The notes under the pieces are model-generated. The model was not told the origin of the DNA and ran no database searches. It worked only from the letters and a program-made list of their open reading frames with translations. A program made the translations under genes and the position numbers. A DNA stretch of 64,000 nucleotides from Strigamia acuminata (Eukaryota), in NCBI GenBank assembly GCA_949358305.1, contig OX442314.1, positions 27,652,001-27,716,000 of the forward strand, read 5' to 3'. Positions 52,316-63,525 of the stretch are shown here, in pieces. How positions within the stretch are numbered: the first letter of the stretch is position 1; every line of letters begins with the position of its first letter.

Positions 52316-53740
52316 ATGGGTAACCAACCAGAGCAAGTCAATGCGGCCGCCCCTCGTCCGGAAGTCCACGAAGGCGACACGATAGTTTCTCCCAAATTAG
52401 AGAAAAATATTCCCGTAATTTCTCCCGAATTAGACAAAAATATTTCCATCGTTTCTTCCGAATCAGACAAAATTATTTCTATCGTTTCTCCCAAATTAGA
52501 CAAAATTATTTGTATCGTTTCTCCCGAATTAGACCAGAATATTCCTACTTTTTCTCCGGTATCGGACGAAGACGGTGTACGAGAGATAAAACAAGAACGC
52601 AGCGAAGGTGACGTCACCGATCCACCGCGACACAAGATCGAGATATTGTGGTTTCACTGCTCGGCCGCGAACTGCGACTACAAAAGCTACAGACAGTACA
52701 ACTTGACTCGGCATTATACCAAATTGCACGAGCAGTCGACGAAACCGGAAAGATGTTGCGATGTGGATTTCCCCACCAAATTCGACTTCTTCCAACACGT
52801 GAAAGAGCGTCACGGAAACGGATATTTCTGTCCCGAAATCGGCTGCGACAAATGGTTTCCGAAAAAAGTCACGCTGGAGCGCCATTCGTTCGTGCACACG
52901 GGCATAAAAGACATCCACTGCGACACCTGCGACTACGACACGGCGCATGCGTTCAACATGAAGCGACATTGCATGAAGAAGAACCATCAGTGCCAACACG
53001 AAAAAGTCCGGGACGACCTCGCGAGACTACGGAACCCGGATCAGCAGAACCAAGTGTCCAGCGACGACAGCGACGAAGTTCTAATCGAAGGTACCCAAGT
53101 CGCGACTCCACAAATCGAAATCGCCGATAAAATTGCGCCGTCTTCTCCTAAGCGTAAACGTCCCGCCAAACGGGTTAAAACGGAGAAAACAGACGTAGAT
53201 ATCACTGTAGTGCACGCGGATACCAAACCGAACGTCGAAGTCGCCAATACTCGCATTAAAAAGGAAATTATCTGCGATAATGTGTCGCCACGGCAGAAAC
53301 AAATTGCGTTTTTAGCAAATATTGGTTTACGTCCACGTTTGGCACCTTTAACTTCACCACGTTCGAGATTGAGGCCACGTAGGTCGCTTTTTAGTCCAAA
53401 AGAGGTCACACCAGATAAAACAAATGTAAAAACTAGTCGAAAGCGTAACGTGGATACCAACCCGAATGTCCAAGTCGTCAACACTCCACAACCTCCATCG
53501 AAACGTCCCAGATTGAGTGAAATTGTTGCCAAGCTTGCACAACGGGTTAAAACGGAGAAAATAGACGTAGAAACTTGTGTAATGCGCGTGAATGTCGAAG
53601 AAAATATTAAATATGGCGTCGACAATGTTGGGATAAGAGTGAATAACACCTCATTCTTGCATTGTTGTCCAATTTGCTTTTTTGTAAATGATTTTGAGTT
53701 GCCGCTTGACCTATCGATGAAAAAGTCGTCAACAAATTAA
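52316..53740 (+). CDS. C2H2 zinc-finger protein, 474 aa, single coding exon, with PLDLS CtBP-binding motif
   Basis: CSAANC...HYTKLH, CPEIGC...HSFVH, TGIK linker and CDTC...H. 11-aa N-terminal repeats (IVSPKLDKNIS-like), a C-terminal PLDLS, and AATAAA at 53831. Confidence 0.88.
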   Translation: MGNQPEQVNAAAPRPEVHEGDTIVSPKLEKNIPVISPELDKNISIVSSESDKIISIVSPKLDKIICIVSPELDQNIPTFSPVSDEDGVREIKQERSEGDVTDPPRHKIEILWFHCSAANCDYKSYRQYNLTRHYTKLHEQSTKPERCCDVDFPTKFDFFQHVKERHGNGYFCPEIGCDKWFPKKVTLERHSFVHTGIKDIHCDTCDYDTAHAFNMKRHCMKKNHQCQHEKVRDDLARLRNPDQQNQVSSDDSDEVLIEGTQVATPQIEIADKIAPSSPKRKRPAKRVKTEKTDVDITVVHADTKPNVEVANTRIKKEIICDNVSPRQKQIAFLANIGLRPRLAPLTSPRSRLRPRRSLFSPKEVTPDKTNVKTSRKRNVDTNPNVQVVNTPQPPSKRPRLSEIVAKLAQRVKTEKIDVETCVMRVNVEENIKYGVDNVGIRVNNTSFLHCCPICFFVNDFELPLDLSMKKSSTN

Positions 53741-53965
53741 TTCCGTGATTTATTTTAAATTTTATTTTTTACGATGTATCGATATTTGTGTTTTTATTCG
53801 TCATTTTTACTAAACAATTACGTAACCTTCAATAAAATAATGAAAACGTGACACAACAATTGTTCCATTGCAGCTTTGGCATCCATGTTTGAGAAACCGT
53901 TTGTTCGCGCACAGCTTTAACTATAAAATTTGCAATTAATTTCAAAATTTGAGATTGTAGTTTTT

Positions 53966-54913
53966 ATGTCACCCAACCAAAGAAACATGAATCAGTCGAC
54001 GTTCGTGAAAACCATAGCCGAGATTAGCGGTGGCCAAAACTGGCGCCCCTCAGTCCGCCAGCAATCATGGAAACAATCTCAACGTTCCAGACTCAGCAAA
54101 CACCCGATGGAAGTGCAAACCGGACTGAGGCGGAAAATCAGCACGAAAAAACTGAACCCCGAAGCCCCTTCGAGGAAAAAACAAATCGAACAGAAAACCA
54201 GAACAAAATCCGCGTCGAAAAAGCGACAAAACAACCAGAAAATGACTTTCGCCAGCAACCAGGTGGAGGGCTGCCTCCTGGACCCCACAAGGTACCTCGA
54301 CGAGTCGCCAATCAGGCCCCAGAAGCCCCTCAGGATGGTGAACGAGCGGTCTTTTCGCGAGAAGGACAGCGCCGACGTGAGGGCCCTCGTGGGCCCCTTG
54401 AGGAAGGAAGACGAGATTAAAATGCGACTGGAGAAGGAGAAAACGATGCGGAATCCTCGGCAACTGTTTTATGATCGAGTTTTAAGCGGGAGCGAGGTTC
54501 GTGTAGTGATCAATCCGAAGAACGAGGCGATTGGTGAGAGCGAGACGGAGATTGAGAAGGAGGAGAAGTCAGAGACGTGTTCGGAGATTTCCGAGCCGCA
54601 GGAGCCGGAATGTGCGGGGATTTTCGGGACGTCGGTGCAGTTTGTTCCGTGGAAGTCGAAGGCGTATAAGATTCATGGGAAGACGTTGGAGGAAGAGCGG
54701 ATAGAGAAAATTCTGGCGCGCCAAAGCAGTATTAATAAGTACAAGAATCATCACTGGCAGTCGAATGTTTTCGACGATGGGAATAAAGATTATTTCGAAG
54801 TTACGATTTGTAATCAGCATCCGGTGTTTCGGCCGACCGTGCGGTGTCGCGAAACGGAGTCTGTGCGCAATCCGATTACTGGGGAGGAATTCCAGCACAC
54901 TCGTGCTATGTAA
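53966..54913 (+). CDS. Intronless basic protein, tandem family member 1 (Jupiter-like motifs)
   Basis: TATAAAA at 53922 precedes the ATG. The C-terminal module (KNHHWQSNVFD...RNPITGEEF) and 3' UTR are shared with the neighbours. Confidence 0.75.
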   Translation: MSPNQRNMNQSTFVKTIAEISGGQNWRPSVRQQSWKQSQRSRLSKHPMEVQTGLRRKISTKKLNPEAPSRKKQIEQKTRTKSASKKRQNNQKMTFASNQVEGCLLDPTRYLDESPIRPQKPLRMVNERSFREKDSADVRALVGPLRKEDEIKMRLEKEKTMRNPRQLFYDRVLSGSEVRVVINPKNEAIGESETEIEKEEKSETCSEISEPQEPECAGIFGTSVQFVPWKSKAYKIHGKTLEEERIEKILARQSSINKYKNHHWQSNVFDDGNKDYFEVTICNQHPVFRPTVRCRETESVRNPITGEEFQHTRAM

Positions 54914-55297
54914 ATTCGTGTTGAATAAGTGAGAAAAGATAAACAAGACAAACGATCAATATATTTTCTTTTTAAATACAATATAATGTGTATAAATTTT
55001 CTATATAATATGTTACGTGTGGTAGAAAAGCAATGTTGAAAAGGATTTGTAAGACAAAAAAATATGTAAATACGGTTAAATAATAAATTAAAAAAATTGT
55101 ACATAAGAAAGAAAGTTGTGAGTTTTGTTTGCGTACATATATACAGTATATATATATTTTTTATTATTTGAATAATAATTGTGAGATGTTGCAATTTGAC
55201 TTATCCGACACATTTTCGTGGACACCATGTTTTAGCAAATTGGGATGCTGTTGGAATAAACAAAGATAAAAATCATAATATTTACTTATTCAAAAAT

Positions 55298-55880
55298 ATG
55301 GGAAGGATATTATAGCCAAAGTGAAGGAATTATTTGCGATTGGCCATGGGATCAGACAAATAAGCCGTGATCTCAAACTTCCCAAAAGTTCAGTGCATAA
55401 AATAGTGAGAAATGATTATAAGAAAGTTAAGAAGAAAAGAGGACCTAGATTTAAGTTGAAACAGAAGGAAAAAACCAGGATAAAGAAAGGATGAGAAGGT
55501 TACAGCCAGAAAAATCAAGGAAAATTGCGATTTATCTGTTTCAGTTAAGACTGTGCAACGTGAATTAGCCCAAGAAGGGTTTGTTTACAAGCATGTTGTG
55601 CAAAATTTACCTTTGACCAAACAGCATAAGAAAAACCGACTGGAATTAAAAATCGATTGCTGGAAATCATCCTTTTGACAAAACTGTTTTTAGTGATGGG
55701 AAGAAGTTTTCATTTGATGGACCTGATAATTTTGGCTCATATTGTGACAAATATATCAAAAATTCTCGTATTAAACGTCAGATGGGCGGAGGAAGTGTAA
55801 TGGTCTGGGGACTCGTTTGTCCTGATGGATTCATTCATCTAGAACGGTTGACAGGATGAGTGAAAGCAGTCGATTACCTA
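55298..55880 (+). pseudogene. Degenerate Tc1/Tc3-like transposase
   Basis: HTH IRQISRDLKLPKSSVHKIV, VFSDGKKFSFDGPD and KRQMGGGSVMVWG, with frameshifts and stops. Confidence 0.85.
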
Positions 55881-55959
55881 CAGTTACAACAGATGAACCC
55901 TCTGCAAAAATTGGGTCTGTGGATAAAATGTTGAATAAAAAATTGGAAATTCTTGATAA

Positions 55960-56345
55960 ATTTTAGAAAACTTCAGAAAATGTCAGAAAATTGTAGAAAA
56001 CTTCAGAAAATTTCAGAAAGTAAGAGAAAACTTCAGAAAACGTCCGGAAAACATCAGTAAACGTAAGATATTGTGAGAAATTGTCAAAAAATGTAAGAAA
56101 ATGTCTAAAAATGTAAGAAAATGTCTAAAAATGTCTAAAAATGTAAGAAAATGTCTAAAAATGTAAGAAATGTCTAAAAATGTAAGAAAATGTCTAAAAA
56201 TGTAAGAAAATGTCTAAAAATGTCATATAATGTCTAAAAATGTCATATAATGTCTAAAAATGTAAGAAAATGTCTAAAAATGTCTAAAAATGTAAAATGT
56301 AAAAATTGTAAAAAAAATGTGAGAAATGTGAGAAATCTTCAGAAA
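55960..56345. repeat. A-rich 10-bp satellite (AAAATGTCTA/AAAATGTAAG)
   Basis: Tandem array upstream of family member 2; a related shorter array lies at ~58215-58480. Confidence 0.9.
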
Positions 56346-56706
56346 ATGTCCAGATAATTCCAGAAAACTCCCCAAATTTCAACTTTTTAACAAATTTTCC
56401 AAAATGGTAACAACTTTTGAAATTTTCTTGGAACATGTCAAATTCCAAAGAATGCAAATTTTTATCAAATCTTTATCCATTTATCTATTTATTTATTTAT
56501 TCAATTCTCAAGGCATTCTTTTATCGTCGTTCTCTGCATCACACAAATACGCCACCAAAACAAAACCAAAACCAAAACCAAAACCATTTCTAATCGCAAC
56601 AATGGCGTATAATAACAATAAAAAATAAAAATTAATGGCGTAAGTAAAAAAAAAGCAGAGAAAAACATCCAAGAAACCATTTCACGAAAAACCAAACAAA
56701 ATTCAC

Positions 56707-57804
56707 ATGAGTACGAACCAATTCAGCCGCATTTCCAAACACAACAAATGCCTGAGTGAAGGAACACCGCCCAGAAAAAACTGGCTCAAAATCCACCAAC
56801 CATTCGACTCGTTATTGCTCAGGAAAATCAAAACAGATCTCTACGAACTGCAACGCGACAAGTACAAGTCCATCTCCACCTCCGCCGTCTTTCCCGACAC
56901 CCCGAAATTTCTCCGACACGACTCCAACTCAAAACCCAACGACAAATACAAACCGACCACCAAACTATGCGCAGTACAATCCCGCTGCGAGTTCGCAGGT
57001 TGCAGAGAAAGCAAAGAAGAATCAAAGTCCAAGATAATGGAATTGCCATTCCAGAAACCGCCGTCCACGTCCAAGGAACCATCGACGGTGAAACGACCAC
57101 AGAAAACGTCGAAAAAACGATCAAACAACCAGAAATTAACTTTGACCAGCACCCAAGTCGAGGAATCGTTTCAGGACCCTAGAAGATACCTAGAGGATTC
57201 ACCAACCAGGCCCCAGAGACCCCTCAAGAAGATCACCGAGAGGTCTTTTCGCGAGATGGAGAGTGCGGGCGTGAGGGCCCTCGTGGGCCCCTTGAGGAAA
57301 GAAGACGAGATTAAAATGCGACTGGAGAAGGAGAAAACGATGCGGAACCCTCGGCAACTGTTTTATGATCGAGTTTTAAGCGGGAACGAGGCTCGTGTTG
57401 TGATGAATCGGAAAAGCGCGGCAATTATCGATGAGAATAGTCGGAGGAAGCCGGTGAAGGCGGAGACGTATTCGGACATTTTCGGGCTGCGCGAGACGGA
57501 ATGTCGGGAGATTTTCGGGACGTCGATGGCGATTGTTCCGTGGAAGTCGAAGGCGCATACGATTCATGGGAAGACGTTGGAGGAAGAGCGGTTAGAGAAA
57601 ATTCTGGCGCACAAAAACGTTATTAAGAAATACAAGAATCATCAGTGGAAATCGAATGTTTTCGACGCGGGGAGTAACGATTATTTCGAAGTTACGATTT
57701 GTGATCGGATTCCGGTGCTTCGACCGATCGTGCGGTGTCGCGAAACCGAGTCTGTGCGCAATCCGATTACTGGAGAGAAATTCCAGCACACTCGTGCTAA
57801 GTAA
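56707..57804 (+). CDS. Intronless basic protein, tandem family member 2 (365 aa)
   Basis: Intact ORF sharing its N-module with members 3 and 4 and its middle and C-modules with member 1. Motifs SDIFG, KNHQWKSNVFD and RNPITGEKF. Confidence 0.8.
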   Translation: MSTNQFSRISKHNKCLSEGTPPRKNWLKIHQPFDSLLLRKIKTDLYELQRDKYKSISTSAVFPDTPKFLRHDSNSKPNDKYKPTTKLCAVQSRCEFAGCRESKEESKSKIMELPFQKPPSTSKEPSTVKRPQKTSKKRSNNQKLTLTSTQVEESFQDPRRYLEDSPTRPQRPLKKITERSFREMESAGVRALVGPLRKEDEIKMRLEKEKTMRNPRQLFYDRVLSGNEARVVMNRKSAAIIDENSRRKPVKAETYSDIFGLRETECREIFGTSMAIVPWKSKAHTIHGKTLEEERLEKILAHKNVIKKYKNHQWKSNVFDAGSNDYFEVTICDRIPVLRPIVRCRETESVRNPITGEKFQHTRAK

Positions 57805-58602
57805 ATTCGTGTTGGAATTAGTGAGAAAAGATAAACAAGACAAACGATTAATATGTTTTTTTTTTTAAATACAATATAATGTGTATAAATTTTCTTTATA
57901 ATGTGTTACGTGTGGAAGAAAAGAAATATGGAAAAGGATTTGTAACGCAAAAAAATATGTAAATACGGTGAAATAATAAATTAAAAAAATTGTACATAGA
58001 AAGAAAGTTGTGAGTTTTGTTTGGATACATATACAGTATATATATTTTTTTTATTATTATTTGAATAATAATTGTGTGATGTTGCAATTTGACTTATAAA
58101 ACTATACCTTTTCAAAATTTGGAATGATGCTTATTGAGTTTAACAACTCAATGAACCCCCTGCAAAAATTGGGTCTGTGGATAAAATGTTGGATAAAAAA
58201 TTGGAAATTCTTGATAAATGTCAGAAAATTGTAGAAAACTTCAGAAAATTTCAGAAAGTAAGAGAAAACTTCAGAAAACGTCCGCAAAACATCAGTAAAC
58301 GTAAGATATTGTGAGAAATTGTCTAAAAATGTAAGAAAATGTCATAAATTGTAAGAAAATGTCTAAAAATGTAAGAAAATGTCAAAAAATGTAAGAAAAT
58401 GTCAAAAAATTTCTAAAGTTTAATAAATTGTCAAAAAATGTAAGACAATGTCAGAAATGTGAGAAATTTTCGGAAAATGTCAGATAATTCCAGAAAATTC
58501 CCCAAATTTTAAATTTTAAACAAATTTTCCAAAATGTTGACAACTTTCGAATTTTTCTTGAAATATGTCAAATTCCAAACAAGGCAAATTTTTGTCAAAT
58601 CT

Positions 58603-58666
<64 letters not shown>

Positions 58667-58877
58667 TTCTCAAGGCACTCTTTTATCGTCGTTCTCTGCA
58701 CTACACAAATCTACGCCACCAAAACACAACAAAACCATTCCGAATCGCAACAACGCCGTAGCAAGCCCAACAATCGCCTTCGCGCAACAATAACAAATAA
58801 AAATTAATGGCGTAAGTAAAAAAAGGCAGAGAAAAACATCCAAGAAACCATTTCAGGAAAAACCAAACAAAATTCAC

Positions 58878-60104
58878 ATGAATACGAACCAATTTCTCCG
58901 CATTTCCAAACACAACAAATGCATGAGCGAAAAAATACGTCCCAGAGAAAGCTGGATCAGAATCCACCAACCATACGATCTGCTCAGGGAAGTCAAAACA
59001 GATCCCCCCGAACTGCAACGCGACAAGTGCAAGTCCATCACCGCCGTCTTTCCCGGCACCCCGAAATTTTCCCGACACGACTCCAATTCCAAACCCAACG
59101 ACAATTACAAACCGACCACCAAACTATGCGCGGTGCAATCCCGCTGCGAGTTCGCAGTTTGCAGAGAAAGCAAAGACAAATCAAAGTCCAGGAAAATGGA
59201 AATCACATTCCAGAAAGCGTCGTCCACGTTCAAGGAACGATCGACGGTGAAACGACCACAGGCCTTGAGTTGCGACTTCACGCCGAACTGCTTGGTGAAC
59301 AAACACTCGCGGAACATGCAGTACGAAAACCACCATTGGAAGTCGGACGTTTTCAACCCGGATCAGCATCAGCCAAAGTTGAAGATTAATTTGAGACGTC
59401 GCAAAAAGCCAAACATCAATCCCATCACGTGGGAGGAGACGAAAGACGACGCTCCGATGTGGCACAAGTGCGACACGCCGATCTTCGACGTGACCGTTTC
59501 CGACACGATTTATGCGCGACCGGCAGTCAGGTGTCGAGAGGTCGAGAGGGCTTTTCGCGAGAAGGACAGCGCCCGTGTGAGGGCGCTCGTGGGCCCGTTG
59601 AGGAAAGAAGACGAGATTATAATGCGACTGGAGAAGGAGAAGAAGACGGGGCACAACACTCGGCAAGTGGTTTCTGATGGAGTTGTAAGCGGAAAGGAGG
59701 CTCGTGTTGTGATCAATGTGAAAAGCGAGGCAAGTAACGATGAGAATAGTGAGAAGGCAGAGATTTGTTCGGACATTTTCGGGCCGTACGAGCCGGAATG
59801 TGCGGGGATTTTCGGGACGTCGGTGCAGTTTGTTCCGTGGAAGTCGAAGGCGCATAAGATTCATGGGAAAACGTTCGAGGAAGATCGAATAGAGAAAATT
59901 CATGCGCGACAAGACGTTATTAATAAGTACAACAATCATCACTGGAAGTCGCATGTTTTCGACGAGGGGAATAAAGATTATTTCGAAGTTACGGTTTGTA
60001 ATCATCAGCTTCCGGTGCTTCGACCGACCGTGCGGTGTCGCATAACCGAGTCCGTGCGCAATCCGATTACTGGAGAGAAATTCCAGCACACTCGTGCTAA
60101 GTAA
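58878..60104 (+). CDS. Intronless basic protein, tandem family member 3 (408 aa, chimeric)
   Basis: Intact ORF: the N-terminal half is like member 4 and the C-terminal half is like members 1 and 2. Confidence 0.8.
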   Translation: MNTNQFLRISKHNKCMSEKIRPRESWIRIHQPYDLLREVKTDPPELQRDKCKSITAVFPGTPKFSRHDSNSKPNDNYKPTTKLCAVQSRCEFAVCRESKDKSKSRKMEITFQKASSTFKERSTVKRPQALSCDFTPNCLVNKHSRNMQYENHHWKSDVFNPDQHQPKLKINLRRRKKPNINPITWEETKDDAPMWHKCDTPIFDVTVSDTIYARPAVRCREVERAFREKDSARVRALVGPLRKEDEIIMRLEKEKKTGHNTRQVVSDGVVSGKEARVVINVKSEASNDENSEKAEICSDIFGPYEPECAGIFGTSVQFVPWKSKAHKIHGKTFEEDRIEKIHARQDVINKYNNHHWKSHVFDEGNKDYFEVTVCNHQLPVLRPTVRCRITESVRNPITGEKFQHTRAK

Positions 60105-60554
60105 ATTCGTGTTGGATGATAAACTATCAATATATATATTTTTTAATACAATATAATGTGTATAAATTTTCTATGTAATATGTTACGTGCGGAAGAAAAG
60201 CAATATGGAAAAGGATTTGTAACACAAAACAATTTATAAATACGGTGAAAAAATAAATTAAAAAAATTGTATATAAGAAAGAAATTTGTGCATATATATA
60301 TTTTTTTTTATAATTTTAATAAGACATGTGACATTGGGAGGGGCACACATAGTGACCAATCAAGTGACAGTGCAATGAACTTTTTCGAAACTATATATAC
60401 TCTAACCAACTAGAAGTTGGTCCTTTCTCCCATTGGGCGAGCCTCATTACTGCTACTCTACTGCCACCAGGAAAAGTATGTTTTTTATTTTTTTATTTTT
60501 TGGATTAATTGGGACTCTGGATAAAATTTTGATAAAAAAATTGAAAATTCTTGA

Positions 60555-61150
60555 TAAATTTTAGAAAATTGTAGAAAATGTCAGAAAATTGTAGAAAATG
60601 TAGAAAATTGTAGAAAATGTAGAAAATTGTAGAAAATGTAGAAAATTGTAGAAAATGTAGAAAATTGTAGAAAACTTCATAAAATGTCAGAAAATTGTAG
60701 AAAACTTCAGAAAATGTCAGAAGGTGAGAGAACACTGGAAACGTCTGGAAACGTTCGGAAAAGTTAGAAAATGTAAGAAAATTTCAAAAAATGTAAGAAA
60801 ATTTCAAAAAATGTAAGAAAATTTCAAAAAATGTAAGAAAATTTCAAAAAATGTAAGAAAATTTCAAAAAATGTAAGAAAATTTCAAAAAATGTAAGAAA
60901 ATTTCAAAAAATGTAAGAAAATTTCAAAAAATGTAAGAAAATTTCAAAAAATGTAAGAAAATTTCAAAAAATGTAAGAAAATTTCAAAAAATGTAAGAAA
61001 ATTTCAAAAAATGTAAGAAAATTTCAAAAAATGTAAGAAAATTTCAAAAAATGTAAGAAAATTTCAAAAAATGTAAGAAAATTTCAAAAAATGTAAGAAA
61101 ATGCAAGAAAATTTAAAAAAATGTAAGAAAATATAAGAATATGTCAGAAA
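60555..61150. repeat. A-rich satellites, including a homogeneous 20-bp array (AAAATTTCAAAAAATGTAAG)
   Basis: About 16 identical units at ~60770-61100. Confidence 0.95.
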
Positions 61151-61579
61151 TTTTCAGAAAATGACAGATAATTCCAGATAATTCCCCAAATATCAAATTT
61201 TTAACAAATTTTTCCAAATGTTGACAAATTTCAAATTCTTCAAAATGTTGACAAATTTCAAATTTCTTTTGGAATATGTCAAATTCCAAACAATGCAAAT
61301 CTTATCAAATCTTTATTTATTTATTTATTTATTTACGGTAATTCTCAAGGCACTCTTTTACCGTCCTCTTCAACACCACACAAATCTACCTCGTACGACC
61401 ACCACGCCACCAAACAAAACAAAACAAAACCCAAAACCATTCCGAATCGCAACAACGCCGTAGCAAGCCCAACAACCGCCTTCCCGCAACAATAAAAAAT
61501 AAAAATTAATGGCGTGACTAAAAAAAAGCAGAGAAAAACATCCAAGAAACCATTTCCTGAAAAACCAAACAAAATTTAC

Positions 61580-62392
61580 ATGAGTACGAAGCAATTTTGC
61601 AACATTTCCAACCACGAAAAATGCATGAGTGAAGAAACCCATCCCAGAAAAAGCTGGCTCAGAATCCGCCAACCATACGACTCGCTCCTCAGGAAAATTA
61701 AAATAGATCCCCACGAACTGCAACGCGACAAGTGCAAGTCCATCTCCGCCGTCTTTCCCGGCACCCCGAAATTTTTCCGACACGACTCCAAGTCCAAATC
61801 CAACGACAAGTACAAACCGACCATCAAAGTATGCGGAGTGCAATACCGCTGCGAGTTCACAGGTTGTAGAGACAGCAAAGAGAAATCAAAGTCAAGGAAA
61901 ATGGAATTGAAACCGTCGTCCATGTTCAAGGAACGATCGACGGTGAAACGACCACAGGTCGTGAGTTGCGACTTCTCGAGTATTCTCGACGGTTCGGACG
62001 GAGTTTGGCAACCAAATCAGCGCATTGCGTACAACTTTCTGCGGGTGAACGGCGTGCATGTGAAGAAGATGGAGGATGACAGCAAGAACTGCTTGATGAA
62101 CAAACACTCGCGGAATATGCAGTACGAAAACCACCATTGGAAGTCGGACGTTTTCAATGTGGATCAGCCAAAGTTGAAGATTAATTTGAGACGGCGGCAA
62201 AACTCGAACAGGAATCCCATCACGTGGGAGGAGACGAAACACGACGCGCCGAATTGGCACAAGTGCGACACGCCGTTGTTCGACATGACCGTTTCGGACA
62301 GGATTTATGCGAGGCCGGCGGTCAAGTGTCGCAAGATGGAGATCATTCGCAACCCGATCACCGGCGAGGAAGTGAATTTTACACGTGGTTGA
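61580..62392 (+). CDS. Intronless basic protein, tandem family member 4 (~270 aa)
   Basis: The ATG at 61580 is homologous to the starts at 56707 and 58878. Contains ENHHWKSDVFN and two NPIT motifs. Confidence 0.8.
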   Translation: MSTKQFCNISNHEKCMSEETHPRKSWLRIRQPYDSLLRKIKIDPHELQRDKCKSISAVFPGTPKFFRHDSKSKSNDKYKPTIKVCGVQYRCEFTGCRDSKEKSKSRKMELKPSSMFKERSTVKRPQVVSCDFSSILDGSDGVWQPNQRIAYNFLRVNGVHVKKMEDDSKNCLMNKHSRNMQYENHHWKSDVFNVDQPKLKINLRRRQNSNRNPITWEETKHDAPNWHKCDTPLFDMTVSDRIYARPAVKCRKMEIIRNPITGEEVNFTRG

Positions 62393-62774
62393 GTTGGTTT
62401 TCGATTAGTTTGGCTTTGGAATTATTATTGGGTTCTGACTTCTGAGTCGACAAAAAATGGAAAAATAAGAAATGATGAGTGAAGGAAAAAAAATCGTAAT
62501 TCTAAACATAAATTGATTAGTATATTTTTATAAAAAATATGTAAAAATATATTTTTATTAAAAAATATGTAAAAACAACGCAAAAGTTAATTGTATTAAA
62601 AAAATGTGCAAAATGGAATTATTCTCTCTTTTATTTTTATTTTTATTTTATTTTATTAATAAAAATTAGAATTATTTGTCATCAACAGGACCCGTATTAA
62701 TTATGCAAAAATTGATGAAAACAGAATATTTTATGACGAAATAGATAAAACAGCAATATTTTTGTATCTGAAAA

Positions 62775-63245
62775 TAGTGTACAAAATAACGTAAAAACAC
62801 CAATTTTGTGTACAAAATAACGTAAAAACACCAATTTTGTGTACACAATAATGTAAAAACACCAATTTTGTGTACAAAATAACGTAAAAACATTATTTTT
62901 TGTACAAAATAACGTAAAAAATTATTTTTTGTACAAAATAACGTAAAAACACAAATCCTGTGTACAAAATAACGTGAAAACACCAATTTTGTGTAGAAAA
63001 TACCGTAAAAACACCAATTTTGTGTATAAAATAACGTAAAAACACCAGTTTTGTGTACAAAATAACGTAAAAACATTATTTTTTGTACAAAATAACGTAA
63101 AAACACAAATGGTGTGTACAAAATAACGTAAAAACACAAATGGTGTGTACAAAATAACGTAAAAACACAAATGGTGTGTACAAAATAACGTAAAAACACA
63201 AACGTTGTGTCCAAAATAACGTAAAAACACCAATTTGTATGCAAA
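62775..63245. repeat. ~31-bp minisatellite (GTGTACAAAATAACGTAAAAACACCAATTTT)
   Basis: Visible tandem array. Confidence 0.95.
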
Positions 63246-63525
63246 AAAATAAACGAAAACAGCACATTTTGATTTAAAAACTCATTTTTTCCTAACACTC
63301 CTTCGCTTGCCTCAACGGTGGCGCCGTCCCCACACCATCACATCCGCAACACACAAAACCCCCAAAACCAACTCCAAAACAAACCGACGTCATTCCGCCA
63401 TTTGTTCCCCCACGAAACAATAACCACATCACTCCCCAATTATTACTAAACCACACAACACAACAAGACTAACGCGAAAAATGTTTAGACATCCAATACA
63501 AGAAAATTAACCAAGTAAGTTGACG

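Noticed and set aside
53041..60089. Long minus-strand ORFs such as 53041-53649 and 59181-60089
   Set aside because: They are antisense shadows of the plus-strand genes, with no independent motifs.
62672..63298. 208-aa Phe/Val-rich ORF and overlapping ORFs
   Set aside because: These are translations of the ~31-bp minisatellite.
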